A stretch of 64,000 nt of DNA from an uncultured Christensenella sp. (GCA_949284695.1 CASDWJ010000029.1:25076-89075); one strand, 5' to 3'; counted from the stretch's first letter, positions 9,418-19,244 are shown. The notes: generated by a model from the letters alone, not told the origin. Numbers and translations are program-made.

Positions 9418-9495
9418 GATACCTCCGTCAAGCTATATAAACTCTTTCCGAAGTCGCTTGTAAAAATCGGATTTTTTTCCTGCCCGTGTTTATTA

Positions 9496-10311
9496 TCAGT
9501 TGTTTTCTCTTTTGCCGAAAAACAGATATTGCTGTGCGTAACCGCTGAGATCGCCATAGACGGAGACGAGATATTTTCTGATCTCCTTGCCCGTGCCGTC
9601 CTTTCCCGTCATATCTCGATACACTTTCTTTATCCAGGTGTCGACAGGGAACACGTCGCTCTTGTGATACGCAAAAAGCAGTATGCAATCCGCTACCTTG
9701 GGACCGACTCCCTTGAGGGTGCAGAGATATCTGTTGGCTTCGTCTCCGGACATATACCTCGGATTTTCAAGGTCGAAGCCGTCCGCGACAGCCCTTGCCG
9801 TCTCGCTGAGATAGGGAGCTCTGTATCCCGCGCCGAGCGCCGCATAGTAATCCGCGTCCTTTGCCGCCATCGCTTCTGCCGTGGGGAACGCAAAGTAGCC
9901 GTCCTTCTTTTCTCCCAGCCCTTCGCATATCCTTGCGAGTATGCCCTTTATCCTCGGTATATGATTGTTGGCGGACACGATAAACGAGATCAGCATTTCA
10001 AAAGGATCCTGATTTAGTATGCGTATACCTCCGCCGGAGTCGATCGACTCCCTCATCATCGGTTTGTCGGCAAGCGCGCGCTTTATCGCGCCGTAGTCGT
10101 TGTCAAGATCGAAGAACCTGTGCCAGTACGCGGGGTCGTCGCTCTTTATCACAACGCTCTCCCCCTGCTCTACTACACAGCGCTTGTCGAGAGAAAGCAC
10201 TTCGTAGACGTTCTCGCCGACGAGCGAGTATCTGAATATCTGCCCGCAGTCGAGCGTCTGTCTTATATCGAAATCCTCTCTGTTCTTTACAATTATATCA
10301 TTGGTATCCAT
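9496..10311 (-). CDS. ogg: 8-oxoguanine DNA glycosylase (OGG1-type HhH-GPD)
   Basis: LKGVGPKVADCILLF...FPVDTW matches the OGG1 motif GVGTKVADC...PVDVH, including the catalytic Lys. The start is uncertain: ATG at 10311 or 10338. The Arg-rich track extension to 10443 is unlikely. Confidence 0.8.
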   Translation of the reverse strand: MDTNDIIVKNREDFDIRQTLDCGQIFRYSLVGENVYEVLSLDKRCVVEQGESVVIKSDDPAYWHRFFDLDNDYGAIKRALADKPMMRESIDSGGGIRILNQDPFEMLISFIVSANNHIPRIKGILARICEGLGEKKDGYFAFPTAEAMAAKDADYYAALGAGYRAPYLSETARAVADGFDLENPRYMSGDEANRYLCTLKGVGPKVADCILLFAYHKSDVFPVDTWIKKVYRDMTGKDGTGKEIRKYLVSVYGDLSGYAQQYLFFGKRENN

Positions 10312-10457
10312 CGCGTTTTCCAGCCTTTTTTGCGGCATTTTGCCGACTTTTGTATTATTTATTCCGAACCGCTTCGCCGCTCCCCGCCTGCGCCGCCGGG
10401 CGCTTCTTTCTCCCGCACCGTTGTCAGCCGCGACACGTCGCAAGAAATATTCTTTTT

Positions 10458-10760
10458 GTCGCGCACCGACCGTTTATCTCTCCCGCCTCGCGCAACGGGT
10501 AAGGTCGCGTTGCACGAATACCTTAACTTCTTATACGCCGCGAGAAATTTCATTTTAGTCGCGCGTCGTACGAATGTCCTCTCGCCTCGCGCAACGGGTA
10601 AGGTTGCGTTGCACGGCGTGACCGCGCCCGTTGCGCCGAGGCAATATACAAATTTTCAAGCGTACACCGCAGAAGGACGCCTTTAAGTCGTGTTGTACGA
10701 AAGCCCCACAACTTCCGATACGCCGCGACTGAACGGGTTGCAGTCATACTCTCGGGAGAT
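10458..10760. repeat. intergenic block of repeated hairpin modules
   Basis: tc(c/t)cgcctcgcgcaacgggtaaggt(c/t)gcgttgcacg occurs at about 10481-10518 and 10579-10615. atacgccgcga occurs twice and gt(c/t)gtacgaa twice. The hairpin is gcaacg-N-cgttgc with a ggtaagg loop. Confidence 0.8.
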
Positions 10761-10887
10761 GCGGTTTCATTGCGGATTTTTGAAGCGTGAGCGCAGATAA
10801 TAGTATACATATTATTAGCGAACGCTACGGAAAGACGCTTGAAAAGCGCTCCCCAGGGTGTGACCGCGTCCTTCAGACGCGGCGAAA

Positions 10888-10913
10888 ACAAAAAAAGCCG
10901 TCTTGCGACGGCC
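10888..10913 (-). terminator. terminator of the rplU-prp-rpmA operon
   Basis: Stem gccgtc / gacggc with a ttgc loop. The minus-strand U-run comes from plus-strand aaaaaaa at 10889-10896. Confidence 0.7.
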
Positions 10914-10930
10914 TTATTTTTGTTTTCCGA

Positions 10931-11212
10931 TTACTCAGCTTTTGCGTAAACGCTTACCTGCTTTTTGTCCTTGCCCTTTCTCTCAAACCTGACGACGCCG
11001 TCAACGAGCGCATACAAAGTATCGTCGCTGCCGATGCCCACGTTGTTGCCCGGGTGGATCTTGGTGCCTCTCTGTCTGACGAGGATATTGCCCGCGAGCA
11101 CGGACTGACCGTCAGAACGCTTTACGCCGAGGCGCTTTGCTTCTGAGTCTCTGCCGTTACGAGAGCTACCGACACCCTTCTTGTGTGCAAAAAGCTGTAT
11201 ATTGATAAACAT
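10931..11212 (-). CDS. rpmA: 50S ribosomal protein L27 (with cleavable N-terminal extension)
   Basis: [32 protein letters not shown]... is the canonical L27 sequence with the Firmicute pro-sequence. Confidence 0.95.
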   Translation of the reverse strand: MFINIQLFAHKKGVGSSRNGRDSEAKRLGVKRSDGQSVLAGNILVRQRGTKIHPGNNVGIGSDDTLYALVDGVVRFERKGKDKKQVSVYAKAE

Positions 11213-11213
11213 A

Positions 11214-11543
11214 TCACTTTACCTCCAAATTTACAAAATCCGAAAAGCCCTGATTGAGGTCCGCTATCCCCAAAAGCATCGTGTCGAGAACTATGTCGCA
11301 TTCTTTGCGCATCTTTCTGTCCATATCTTCGGGGAGGGTCATTCTGAGGTATCCCCTCTTTTCGTCGGTGGTATATTCCACCTTCGCGCCGACCACCTGA
11401 AGCAGTCCGAGCAATGCCGTCTGTACTATCGAAGAAAGCGCCGCGCAAACCACGTCCTCGCCCTCAACGCCGTACCCGGTGTGCCCGTCGCACTCAACCG
11501 AGACTATGCTGTTGTTGTGTTTTACTACAACGACGTTTGTCAT
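11214..11543 (-). CDS. prp: ribosomal-processing cysteine protease Prp
   Basis: 109 aa between rplU and rpmA. GHTGYG...VCAALS matches the His/Cys motifs of the YsxB/Prp family. Confidence 0.85.
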   Translation of the reverse strand: MTNVVVVKHNNSIVSVECDGHTGYGVEGEDVVCAALSSIVQTALLGLLQVVGAKVEYTTDEKRGYLRMTLPEDMDRKMRKECDIVLDTMLLGIADLNQGFSDFVNLEVK

Positions 11544-11848
11544 TATGCCTTGATTTCGCTGATTTTGATCGCCGTATAGGGCTGTCTGTGACCTTGGCGC
11601 TTGCGCTCGTTCTTCTTGGACTTATACTTGAAGACGATGATCTTCTTAGCCTTGTCCTGCGCAACGACCTCACCCGTAACGACTACGTTTGCAGCAGCTT
11701 CACCGCAGACGATCTCGCCGTCCTTGTTGACCATAAGCGCGGTAAGCTCTACCTTGTCGCCCACGTTCGCGTCCAGCTTTTCGACTTTGATGATCTGATC
11801 CGGCTCAACCTTGTACTGTTTGCCGCCTGTCAAAACGATTGCGTACAT
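11543..11848 (-). CDS. rplU: 50S ribosomal protein L21
   Basis: MYAIVLTGGKQYKVEPDQIIKVEKL... is the canonical L21 sequence. Confidence 0.95.
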   Translation of the reverse strand: MYAIVLTGGKQYKVEPDQIIKVEKLDANVGDKVELTALMVNKDGEIVCGEAAANVVVTGEVVAQDKAKKIIVFKYKSKKNERKRQGHRQPYTAIKISEIKA

Positions 11849-11958
11849 GAAATTACCTCCTCTTTCCAGTCTCGCTGATGCGGGTGCCTTTGCAGGACTT
11901 GTAAACCCTTTTCATGCGGCTCGCAAATTATAATATCATAAAATAAAGAGGCTGTCAA
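11849..11958 (-). promoter_or_regulatory. rplU operon promoter plus about 80-nt 5' leader (possible L21-leader-type element)
   Basis: On the minus strand: TTGACA (plus 11953-11958), a 17-nt spacer, then TATTAT (plus 11930-11935). A GC-rich leader follows and ends in GAGGAGG before the ATG. The leader structure was not verified. Confidence 0.45.
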
Positions 11959-12225
11959 ACGTTTGTGCGAGTGTTTACAACCCTGTTTATGTAAAATCTC
12001 CGCGTTTCGCAGCGGTATTTTCCGCCTCCCGTTCGCGCTTCTGTCATAAAGGATATTGCGACTTCCTCGCCGTCGCGGCATTTTCTCTGCGCGGAGACCT
12101 TCTCCGCACTTGCCGCTGACCGTGGAGTCCCGCGAAGGGATAAGCAGAACTCTTTGTCGCGACCATGCGTTTATCCGTCGCGTAGTCTCTGCCTGATTTT
12201 GCGGTTTTTTGCGACACGTATCGCG

Positions 12226-13713
12226 TTAATACAACATTCTCGCGTTGTCGGGAAGATCGAGTATCGCAGAATTGAGCGTCTGGATCTTATACTTTTCTAT
12301 GTGCATAGACGGGTCGGGAATGATGTATATCCTCTTGTCCTTCCAGACCGTCTGGCACTCCTTTTCGAGATACCGCATCGAGAACATCTTGTTGAAAAGC
12401 GACGGCGCGACCGTGACTACGACCGCCTTTGCGCTTATGCCCTCGAATACCTGCGTTATCGCGGAGCGGATCTTCATTATCATGTGCTCGTCGCCGTAGA
12501 CGTAACCGTCGCCGCCGCAATAGGGACACGGCTGAAGCATGACGGTCTCTATCATACTGCGCGTCTTTTTGCGCGTCAGTTCGACGAGCCCGAGCGCGGT
12601 CAGTCCCACCAAAGAGGTCTTTACCCTGTCCTTTTCGAGCTCCGCGCCAAGCACTTCGAGCACTTTTTCTCTGTGCGCGGGGTCCTCCATATCTATAAAG
12701 TCGATGACGACAATGCCGCCGATGTTCCTTAGTCTCAGCTGTCTCGCGATCTCTACCGAAGCTATCTTGTTGGTCTCAAATACGGTTTCCTCGAGGTTCT
12801 TGTTGCCGACGAACTTGCCCGTATTCACGTCTATTACGGTCAGCGCCTCCGTCCTGTCGATGATCAGATACGCGCCGTTCTTGAGCACGACTTTGCGCTT
12901 GAGAAGCGCCTCTATCTGCTCCGAAAGGTCGTAATATTGCAACAGATCTTTCGCGCCGTTGTAATATTTGAATATATCCGGGCGGTTTTTCTCGACATAA
13001 GGAAAACTTTTTTTGAATTCGTTGTAGAGCTTCTCGTCGTTGATCACGACTTCGTCGACATCGGCGAGCATATCCCTGACTGCCCTTATCGCGAGATCCT
13101 GTTCTTTGTAGACGAGCGTGCCCGCGGGCTTTTTGAGGGTATCCTGTTTTATCCTCTCCCACAGTTCGGTCAGCTCTTTCATCTCCGCTCTGAGTTCGTC
13201 CTCGTCGCAGAACTGCGCCTGCGTGCGCAGTATGACACCGCAACCTTCGGGTTTTATCTCGGCGGCGAGCCTGACGAGCCTTTCCTTTACGGCTTCGTCC
13301 GTGATCTTGTGCGACACGCCGACATAATCAATCTGCGGCATATAGACGAGCACTCTGCCCGGCAGAGTTATGTTGGTCGTTATCCGTGCGCCCTTTGTGC
13401 CGAACTGGTCCTTTTCCACCTGACAAAGCACGCTGTCTCCCGCTTTGAGATTTATCCTGAGCTGTTCCGCACCCTCCAGCTTTTCGCCGTCTATGACTAT
13501 GTCTCCCGCATAGAGGAACGCGTTGCGTTCAAGACCGATATTGACGAAAGCCGCCTGCATGCCCGGCAGGACGTTCATGACCTTGCCTTTGTAGATGTTG
13601 CCGACGAGTTTGTTGATATTCTTGCGCTCTACCCAGAATTCTTCGAGCAAGCCGTCGTTGACTATGCAGACTTTGGTGCTCCTCGGATGTACGTCGATTA
13701 AAATTCTCTTCAC
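12226..13713 (-). CDS. rng: ribonuclease G (RNase E/G family)
   Basis: S1 domain GNIYKGKVMNVLPGMQAAFVNIG followed by the RNase E/G catalytic core. The GTG start overlaps the upstream stop (GTGA). Confidence 0.85.
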   Translation of the reverse strand: MKRILIDVHPRSTKVCIVNDGLLEEFWVERKNINKLVGNIYKGKVMNVLPGMQAAFVNIGLERNAFLYAGDIVIDGEKLEGAEQLRINLKAGDSVLCQVEKDQFGTKGARITTNITLPGRVLVYMPQIDYVGVSHKITDEAVKERLVRLAAEIKPEGCGVILRTQAQFCDEDELRAEMKELTELWERIKQDTLKKPAGTLVYKEQDLAIRAVRDMLADVDEVVINDEKLYNEFKKSFPYVEKNRPDIFKYYNGAKDLLQYYDLSEQIEALLKRKVVLKNGAYLIIDRTEALTVIDVNTGKFVGNKNLEETVFETNKIASVEIARQLRLRNIGGIVVIDFIDMEDPAHREKVLEVLGAELEKDRVKTSLVGLTALGLVELTRKKTRSMIETVMLQPCPYCGGDGYVYGDEHMIMKIRSAITQVFEGISAKAVVVTVAPSLFNKMFSMRYLEKECQTVWKDKRIYIIPDPSMHIEKYKIQTLNSAILDLPDNARMLY

Positions 13714-14354
13714 TGCAAAATCTCCTTCGCCGCGACGAACCTGCCGTCAAGCGACGCGAACTGTTCGATCCTGACTATGTCGTTTGCCGATGCCCTGACG
13801 CCGAAGCGCGAAAGGCTTTCCACAAAGCTGTCCACGCGCAGATTCTCGTTGCCCGTAGCGAGCGTCATAAACAGTTTATCGCCGTCCGTCTCCAGCGCGT
13901 ATATCCTGCTTCTGACTTCTTCGTCAATCTCCTGCCCTTTCTTTATTCTGCGCATACGGTACTCCGGCATACTCATTATCTTCAGGACTTCGTCCGTTAT
14001 TCTCTCTTCCGCCCTGACCTCGTAAGAAGAAGCGACGACCCTTGCCGCAAGATTGGGATTGCCTTTTGTCACGCGGCAGAGATCCGCCCTCATGCCCGAC
14101 GGCACACATGCGTTGAATCTGTCAAGCAATTCTTCCTCGTCTGTCAGCGGACTGTCGGCGACGAAATACTCGGCTACGCTCTGCACTCCGAGCGGAAGCG
14201 GAGTCGTGGTATAAGTCAGCATATGCGGCACGAATCCTTCGCTGTATCTGACCTCGGCTTTCATTCTCCTCATCGTGCGCTGAAGCACCCTCATCGCGTC
14301 TATATGCGACAAAAAGCTCGCGTCCCCCGTCTTGCGGTGTCTTAACACTATCAT
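13710..14354 (-). CDS. radical-SAM-associated protein (TIGR03936/DUF2344-like)
   Basis: 214 aa from the ATG at 14354, which overlaps the upstream stop (ATGA). DASFLSHIDAMRVLQRTMRR matches the family. The position between the B12-type radical SAM gene and rng is typical. The track ORF is over-extended to 14792. Confidence 0.7.
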   Translation of the reverse strand: MIVLRHRKTGDASFLSHIDAMRVLQRTMRRMKAEVRYSEGFVPHMLTYTTTPLPLGVQSVAEYFVADSPLTDEEELLDRFNACVPSGMRADLCRVTKGNPNLAARVVASSYEVRAEERITDEVLKIMSMPEYRMRRIKKGQEIDEEVRSRIYALETDGDKLFMTLATGNENLRVDSFVESLSRFGVRASANDIVRIEQFASLDGRFVAAKEILQ

Positions 14355-16102
14355 TGGAAGCACCTCCCGAGCTTGTTTGCTCCGCACCCGTTGCATTTGC
14401 CTATACAGTTGGGCGTTGTGACGCCTTCGTATGCAAGCGTACGCTCTTTGAGAAGATACGCCTTGGTCACGCCGTTGTCGATAAAATCCCAGGCGAGCGG
14501 CGCGTCGGTGGGTATCGCGCCCGTGTACTCTCTCGGGTCGATACCGCAATACGAAAAAGCGGCGATCCACTTGTCGTAATCGAAACACTCGTTCCAGCTG
14601 TCGAACACGCACCCGGTGCGATATGCCCTCTCGATGACGGCAGAGATCCTCCCGTCGCCTCTCGCGAGCGCCGCCTCTATCACGCTCGACCCGGCATCGT
14701 GCCAGCTGTATTTGACGTTCTTGAGTTTGAGTTCTCTTTTGAGATAATCCTGTTTTGCGTACATCTCGTCGATCGTGATCTGTTCTTCCCATTGAAACGG
14801 CGTGAGCGGTTTGGGTATGAACACCGCAGTCGAAACCGTGATGTTGATCAGCCTTGATCTGCCGTATTCCGCGTGCAGTTTTCTGACGAGCTTTACTATG
14901 TCGACAATGCCTTTGAGATCTTCCTCGGTCTCTGTCGGCAGTCCTATCATGAAATAGAGTTTGACGTTCTTCACGCCGTGCGCGAGCGCCGCTCTGAGCG
15001 ACGACAGAATGTTCTCGTCCGACACGTTCTTATTGATGACGTCTCTCAGTCTCTGCGTACCTGCCTCCGGCGCGAAAGTAAGCGACGCGCCCTTGGTGTC
15101 CTCGTATATCTCCGCTTCGAAGCTGTCAAGTCTCAGCGACGGAAGCGCAAGTTTTACTTTCTCTTTTTCCGCTTCTTCCTTTAGTCCGTCGACGAGTCCT
15201 TTAAGGTCTGAATAGTCGCTTGTACTAAGACTCGACAAACTCAATTCTTCGTAGCCCGTGTTGGTTATCAGCTCTTTTGCCTGTCTTAGCAAAGTGTCTT
15301 TCTTCCTCTCTCTGATAGGTCTGTAATAGAAGCATGCCTGACAGAATCTGCAACCGTTGGCGCAACCTCTGAACAGCTCGAGCGTGGAACGGTCGTGCAC
15401 GATGTCGCAGCTCGGCACGAGAATTTTGGTCGGGAAATACGCCTTGTCGAGATCTTTGACGACAGCCCTTCTGACCGTGCCGCCTATCGACGGAACGTAG
15501 ACCCCCTCGAGTTTCGCGGCGCGCTCGAGAAATTCTTTTTTGCTCAGTCCTTCAGCCTTGCACTTTCTGTGAAGCTCCACGAAAGAAGCGAGATTGACCT
15601 CTCCTTCTCCTACGAGTATCGCGTCGAAAAATGCAAGTATGGGCGCGGGATTGACCATGCACGGTCCTCCCGCAACGATCAGCGGATATTCCTCTCCCCT
15701 GTCCGCCGCGTAAAAAGGAACGCCCGCAAGATCCATCATATACAGGATATTGGTATACGCAAGCTCGAAGCCGACAGAAAATCCTACGACGTCGAAGTCG
15801 CAGAATTCCCGCCTCGTCTCGAGCGAAAAGAGCCTGAGACCGTTTTGTCTCATCTTCTCAGCCATATCTGTCGACGGTGCGAAGGCGCGCTCGCATACCA
15901 CGCCGTCGGTGTCGTTGAGCATATGGTAAAGTATCCTGAGACCTATATTGCTCATGCCGACCTCGTATTTGTCGGCAAAGCAAAGACAGACCCTTTCGTC
16001 GCAGGGCTTGTCCATATCGGGCAGATTGAATTCTCCTCCGAGGTATCTCGCGGGTTTTTCAACCTCGGGCAATATTTTCATGAGCAGTTTTTCGTCCGTC
16101 AT
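14351..16102 (-). CDS. B12-binding-domain radical SAM protein (TIGR03960-like)
   Basis: CxxxCxxC cluster CANGCRFCQAC. The N-terminus MTDEKLLMKILPEVEKPARYLGGEFN is typical of the family. Confidence 0.8.
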   Translation of the reverse strand: MTDEKLLMKILPEVEKPARYLGGEFNLPDMDKPCDERVCLCFADKYEVGMSNIGLRILYHMLNDTDGVVCERAFAPSTDMAEKMRQNGLRLFSLETRREFCDFDVVGFSVGFELAYTNILYMMDLAGVPFYAADRGEEYPLIVAGGPCMVNPAPILAFFDAILVGEGEVNLASFVELHRKCKAEGLSKKEFLERAAKLEGVYVPSIGGTVRRAVVKDLDKAYFPTKILVPSCDIVHDRSTLELFRGCANGCRFCQACFYYRPIRERKKDTLLRQAKELITNTGYEELSLSSLSTSDYSDLKGLVDGLKEEAEKEKVKLALPSLRLDSFEAEIYEDTKGASLTFAPEAGTQRLRDVINKNVSDENILSSLRAALAHGVKNVKLYFMIGLPTETEEDLKGIVDIVKLVRKLHAEYGRSRLINITVSTAVFIPKPLTPFQWEEQITIDEMYAKQDYLKRELKLKNVKYSWHDAGSSVIEAALARGDGRISAVIERAYRTGCVFDSWNECFDYDKWIAAFSYCGIDPREYTGAIPTDAPLAWDFIDNGVTKAYLLKERTLAYEGVTTPNCIGKCNGCGANKLGRCFQ

Positions 16103-17046
16103 TTCATCACCAGTGCCGCGGCGCCGATAATACCCGCTTTGTTGCCGAGGGTCGCGCCGATTATCCTTACTTTGGGATTGTACTCGTTTGCGATAAGACC
16201 CGAGTTGACCTTGTCCTCGAGCGGCGAAATGAGCGCCGCGCCCTCATTTGACACTCCGCCGCCAATGATTATAGCGTTGGGATGGAATATGTTGCCGAGG
16301 TTTATCAGCCCGGTAGCGATATAATCGATATAATTTTCAACGACCTTTTTACCCGCAGCGTCGCCTCGTTCCGCCGCGATAAAAGCCGTCCTGCCGCTTA
16401 TCTTGCCGTATTTGCGCACAATGTCGTGCATCAGACTGTGCGGGTCTGCGTCCATCGCTTCTTTGGTCTGTTCTACAAGCGCGGTCGCCGACGCATATCG
16501 CTCCCAGCACCCTCTGAGACCGCAGTTGCACTTCTTGCCGTCCTTGACGATTATCATGTGCCCCGCTTCTCCGCCCGCGCTCGCTACGCCGTCGAACAAC
16601 TTGCCGTCTATGATGATCCCCGAACCCACGCCCGTGCCGAGCGTGACGAGTATCACGTTGTCCATGCTCCTGCTCGCGCCGAACTTGTACTCTCCCCACG
16701 CCGCGCAGTTGGCATCGTTGGCGGCCTCAGCGTGTATGCCCGAAGCGACTTCGAGAGCGTGCACGATCGGCACGTCTCTCCACCCGAGATTGGCAGAATA
16801 GCTGACCGTACCCGTACGGCTGTCAACCATGCCGGGAACGCCCAGACCTATGCCTGCGATACCGTGATAATCCACACCCGCTTTTCTGCAGAGCAAGCGT
16901 ATGTCTTCGACGATCTCTTCGAGTATGCCTCTGTAATCCTTGTTCTTGTTGGTTTTGATCGAATTGTCTGCGATTATCGCACCTTTCATGTCGACCAGCC
17001 CGATCTTGATATTGGTGCCGCCGACGTCAACTCCGACGTATATCAT
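16099..17046 (-). CDS. glcK: ROK-family glucokinase
   Basis: VGVDVGGTNIKIG ATP-binding motif. ROK Zn motif GHMIIV...CNCGLRGCWERY. Confidence 0.85.
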   Translation of the reverse strand: MIYVGVDVGGTNIKIGLVDMKGAIIADNSIKTNKNKDYRGILEEIVEDIRLLCRKAGVDYHGIAGIGLGVPGMVDSRTGTVSYSANLGWRDVPIVHALEVASGIHAEAANDANCAAWGEYKFGASRSMDNVILVTLGTGVGSGIIIDGKLFDGVASAGGEAGHMIIVKDGKKCNCGLRGCWERYASATALVEQTKEAMDADPHSLMHDIVRKYGKISGRTAFIAAERGDAAGKKVVENYIDYIATGLINLGNIFHPNAIIIGGGVSNEGAALISPLEDKVNSGLIANEYNPKVRIIGATLGNKAGIIGAAALVMK

Positions 17047-17149
17047 GCATTTCCTCGAGTGCGCGCACGCGCGTTTATTATTATATTATATCAAAAGAAA
17101 TGCGATATTTCAAGTGCTGACTTAAGAAAAGAGCGCCTTTGGCGCCCTT

Positions 17150-17986
17150 TCAACAAAACGTCTTTCTGTATGCCTCGTCGACGGTCAGAGACAATTCACA
17201 TTCTTCACACATGACACCGACGTCGGCTTCGTCGAGTTCGTAGAGCACCCTGCCCGCCTCGTCGACGACTTCAAACGTAGACAAGCTGTCTCTGCCGACC
17301 TTGGTCAGGGCGCGGACGAGAGGCGCGTCTTTATACAGCATTATAACGCGCTTATCTACACCCGCACGGTAATTTTTGCAGAATTTGTTGTTTGCCGAAA
17401 CTTCGAGCGCTCGTTCTCCTCCCGCGCCGAAAACCGCCTCGTATATCAGGAAGCAACCGAACACCGCGATCGTCGGATTGAACTCGTACCATACGCTGAC
17501 TACGCCGAGAACGGTGAGGATACCGCCGGTTACGACCCCGGCGACCTTCATTACTCGTACCGCCCGCGATTTGTTTTTTGCAAGAGACACCGCCGCCCTG
17601 TACCCGTCGAGCGGATAAACGGGAAGCAGATTGACTATGCACATCGCGGTATTTGCCGTGCACACGTCGCGCGTATAAGAGTACGATTCGGGCACGAGCC
17701 ACCAGAGCGCGACGACCGACACAGCGCAGAGCGCGTTGAACACGGGCGCGGCAAGCGCTATGATCACCCCGTCCCTGTCGTCGTAATTGTCCCCTCCCGC
17801 TATCACGCCGCCGTAAGGCATAAGCGTGACCGTACCGAGGGTATACCCTCTCCACTCGGCGGCGCGCGAGTGAGCCACTTCGTGCGCGATAACGGCGAGC
17901 ACGTAGCCGCCAAACATGACCGCCCTGTCCGTCAACACGAAGTACAGCGCGATCAGCACGAAAAGGGGATGAAGTTTTATCTTCAT
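17150..17986 (-). CDS. site-2 (M50) metalloprotease, SpoIVFB-like
   Basis: HEVAHS zinc motif in a TM helix, multiple TM segments, and a soluble C-terminal domain. The start at 17986 is ATGA-coupled to the upstream small ORF. Confidence 0.7.
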   Translation of the reverse strand: MKIKLHPLFVLIALYFVLTDRAVMFGGYVLAVIAHEVAHSRAAEWRGYTLGTVTLMPYGGVIAGGDNYDDRDGVIIALAAPVFNALCAVSVVALWWLVPESYSYTRDVCTANTAMCIVNLLPVYPLDGYRAAVSLAKNKSRAVRVMKVAGVVTGGILTVLGVVSVWYEFNPTIAVFGCFLIYEAVFGAGGERALEVSANNKFCKNYRAGVDKRVIMLYKDAPLVRALTKVGRDSLSTFEVVDEAGRVLYELDEADVGVMCEECELSLTVDEAYRKTFC

Positions 17987-18165
17987 CCCATCGTGATAAA
18001 TCTCGTCAGAAGCACGGCGCAGCTTATCACCGCGCACACGATCGCCTGAACGACGAAGATGTCGAGAAGGCTGACCTTGGCGCGCTTTTTGCTGATCTTG
18101 CCGAACGTCACGTTTTCGTTGAGTTTTGCATCAATGCCTATGATTTCGCAATCGTCATATTTCAT
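17983..18165 (-). CDS. small single-TM protein, translationally coupled to the M50 protease
   Basis: 60 aa. GAGGTGA RBS before the ATG at 18165. C-terminal TM segment LLDIFVVQAIVCAVISCAVLL. The stop overlaps the protease start (ATGA). Confidence 0.4.
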   Translation of the reverse strand: MKYDDCEIIGIDAKLNENVTFGKISKKRAKVSLLDIFVVQAIVCAVISCAVLLTRFITMG

Positions 18166-18219
18166 ATCGTCACCTCGCAACAGTATGGTAAAGTATATGC
18201 CGCTTGCCGCGCGATATTC

Positions 18220-18453
18220 CTACACCGCCCTGATTTGTCTTATGTCGTCGGCAGTAGCCTTTATGCGCACCGTATATCCGTCGGCGGCTCCGTCAATGAA
18301 CACTTCGACGCCGTCGCCGCGCAACGACATATAATAGGACAGCACTCTGCCGACGTCGTTCCTCAGCGCACGCATAAATCCTTCGCTCATATTGAGTTTG
18401 TCTTTGATAAGCACGCTCCTCAGCCTGTTTACCGCGATTTTTCCCTCGTTCAT
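18220..18453 (-). CDS. minE: cell-division topological specificity factor MinE
   Basis: 77 aa, ATGA-coupled to minD. The pattern A.NRLRSVLIKD... then VEVFID... fits MinE. Confidence 0.7.
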   Translation of the reverse strand: MNEGKIAVNRLRSVLIKDKLNMSEGFMRALRNDVGRVLSYYMSLRGDGVEVFIDGAADGYTVRIKATADDIRQIRAV

Positions 18454-19244
18454 ATCTGCCTCCTGAGATAGGTCTTTATTCTTCCTAAAAAGCCTTTATA
18501 TTCGCCCGTGCAATCGTATATCCTGCGCGAGCCGCTGACGATGTTTTCGGCAACGTAAGTCATCGCCAGATCGCTGCGCGCGTTGCCCTTGCCGAGCCTG
18601 CCGAGCTGTGCGTAAACCGTCACGAAGTCGTCCTCGGGGATATAGCCGAGCGCGCGGTGTCGCAAAAGGCGGGAAATGTCGTCTGCGCTCATCATACTGC
18701 CGCCCGCGACCAGATCTCCCCTGACCCTGTTGACGATAAGGGATACCGAGTGCAAATCGTAAGTCTCGAGCAGAGAAAGCACCTTGTCTGCGTCGCGTAT
18801 CGCGCTTATATGCGGAGTAGTCACGACTATCGCTTCGTCAGCCGCGCACACAGCGCGGTGAAATCCCGTCTCTATGCCTGCGGGACAGTCTATCAGCACG
18901 AAATCGAATGCGTTTTCCGCTTCCGCGAGCATCTTCCTGAACGCCGACGACGGGAACTGCCCGTCCTCACCGCAATGCGACGACGCGAGCAGACAGAGCG
19001 TTGAATATTCGACGTCCTGCAATATCGCCTGTCTCAGCGAGCATTTGCCGCGAAGCACGTCCGACATGTCGTAAACTACCCTGCCTTCCATGCCCAGCGC
19101 TACGTCGAGGTTGTTGAGTCCCATATCTGCGTCGACGACGAGCACGCGCGCCCCTCTCTTTGCGAGCGCTATGCCTACGCCTGCGCATACGGTCGTCTTT
19201 CCCACCCCGCCCTTGCCCGAAGTGATAACTATTCTTCTTGCCAT
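18450..19244 (-). CDS. minD: septum site-determining ATPase MinD
   Basis: MARRIVITSGKGGVGKTT deviant Walker A. GAGGTG RBS before the ATG at 19244. Confidence 0.9.
   Translation of the reverse strand: MARRIVITSGKGGVGKTTVCAGVGIALAKRGARVLVVDADMGLNNLDVALGMEGRVVYDMSDVLRGKCSLRQAILQDVEYSTLCLLASSHCGEDGQFPSSAFRKMLAEAENAFDFVLIDCPAGIETGFHRAVCAADEAIVVTTPHISAIRDADKVLSLLETYDLHSVSLIVNRVRGDLVAGGSMMSADDISRLLRHRALGYIPEDDFVTVYAQLGRLGKGNARSDLAMTYVAENIVSGSRRIYDCTGEYKGFLGRIKTYLRRQI

Noticed and set aside
10444-10930. A known structured RNA (tmRNA, RNase P, SRP, 6S) in the long rpmA/ogg spacer.
   Set aside because: I could not find any of the conserved cores of these RNAs on either strand. The region is better explained as repeat modules. 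An unknown sRNA cannot be excluded.
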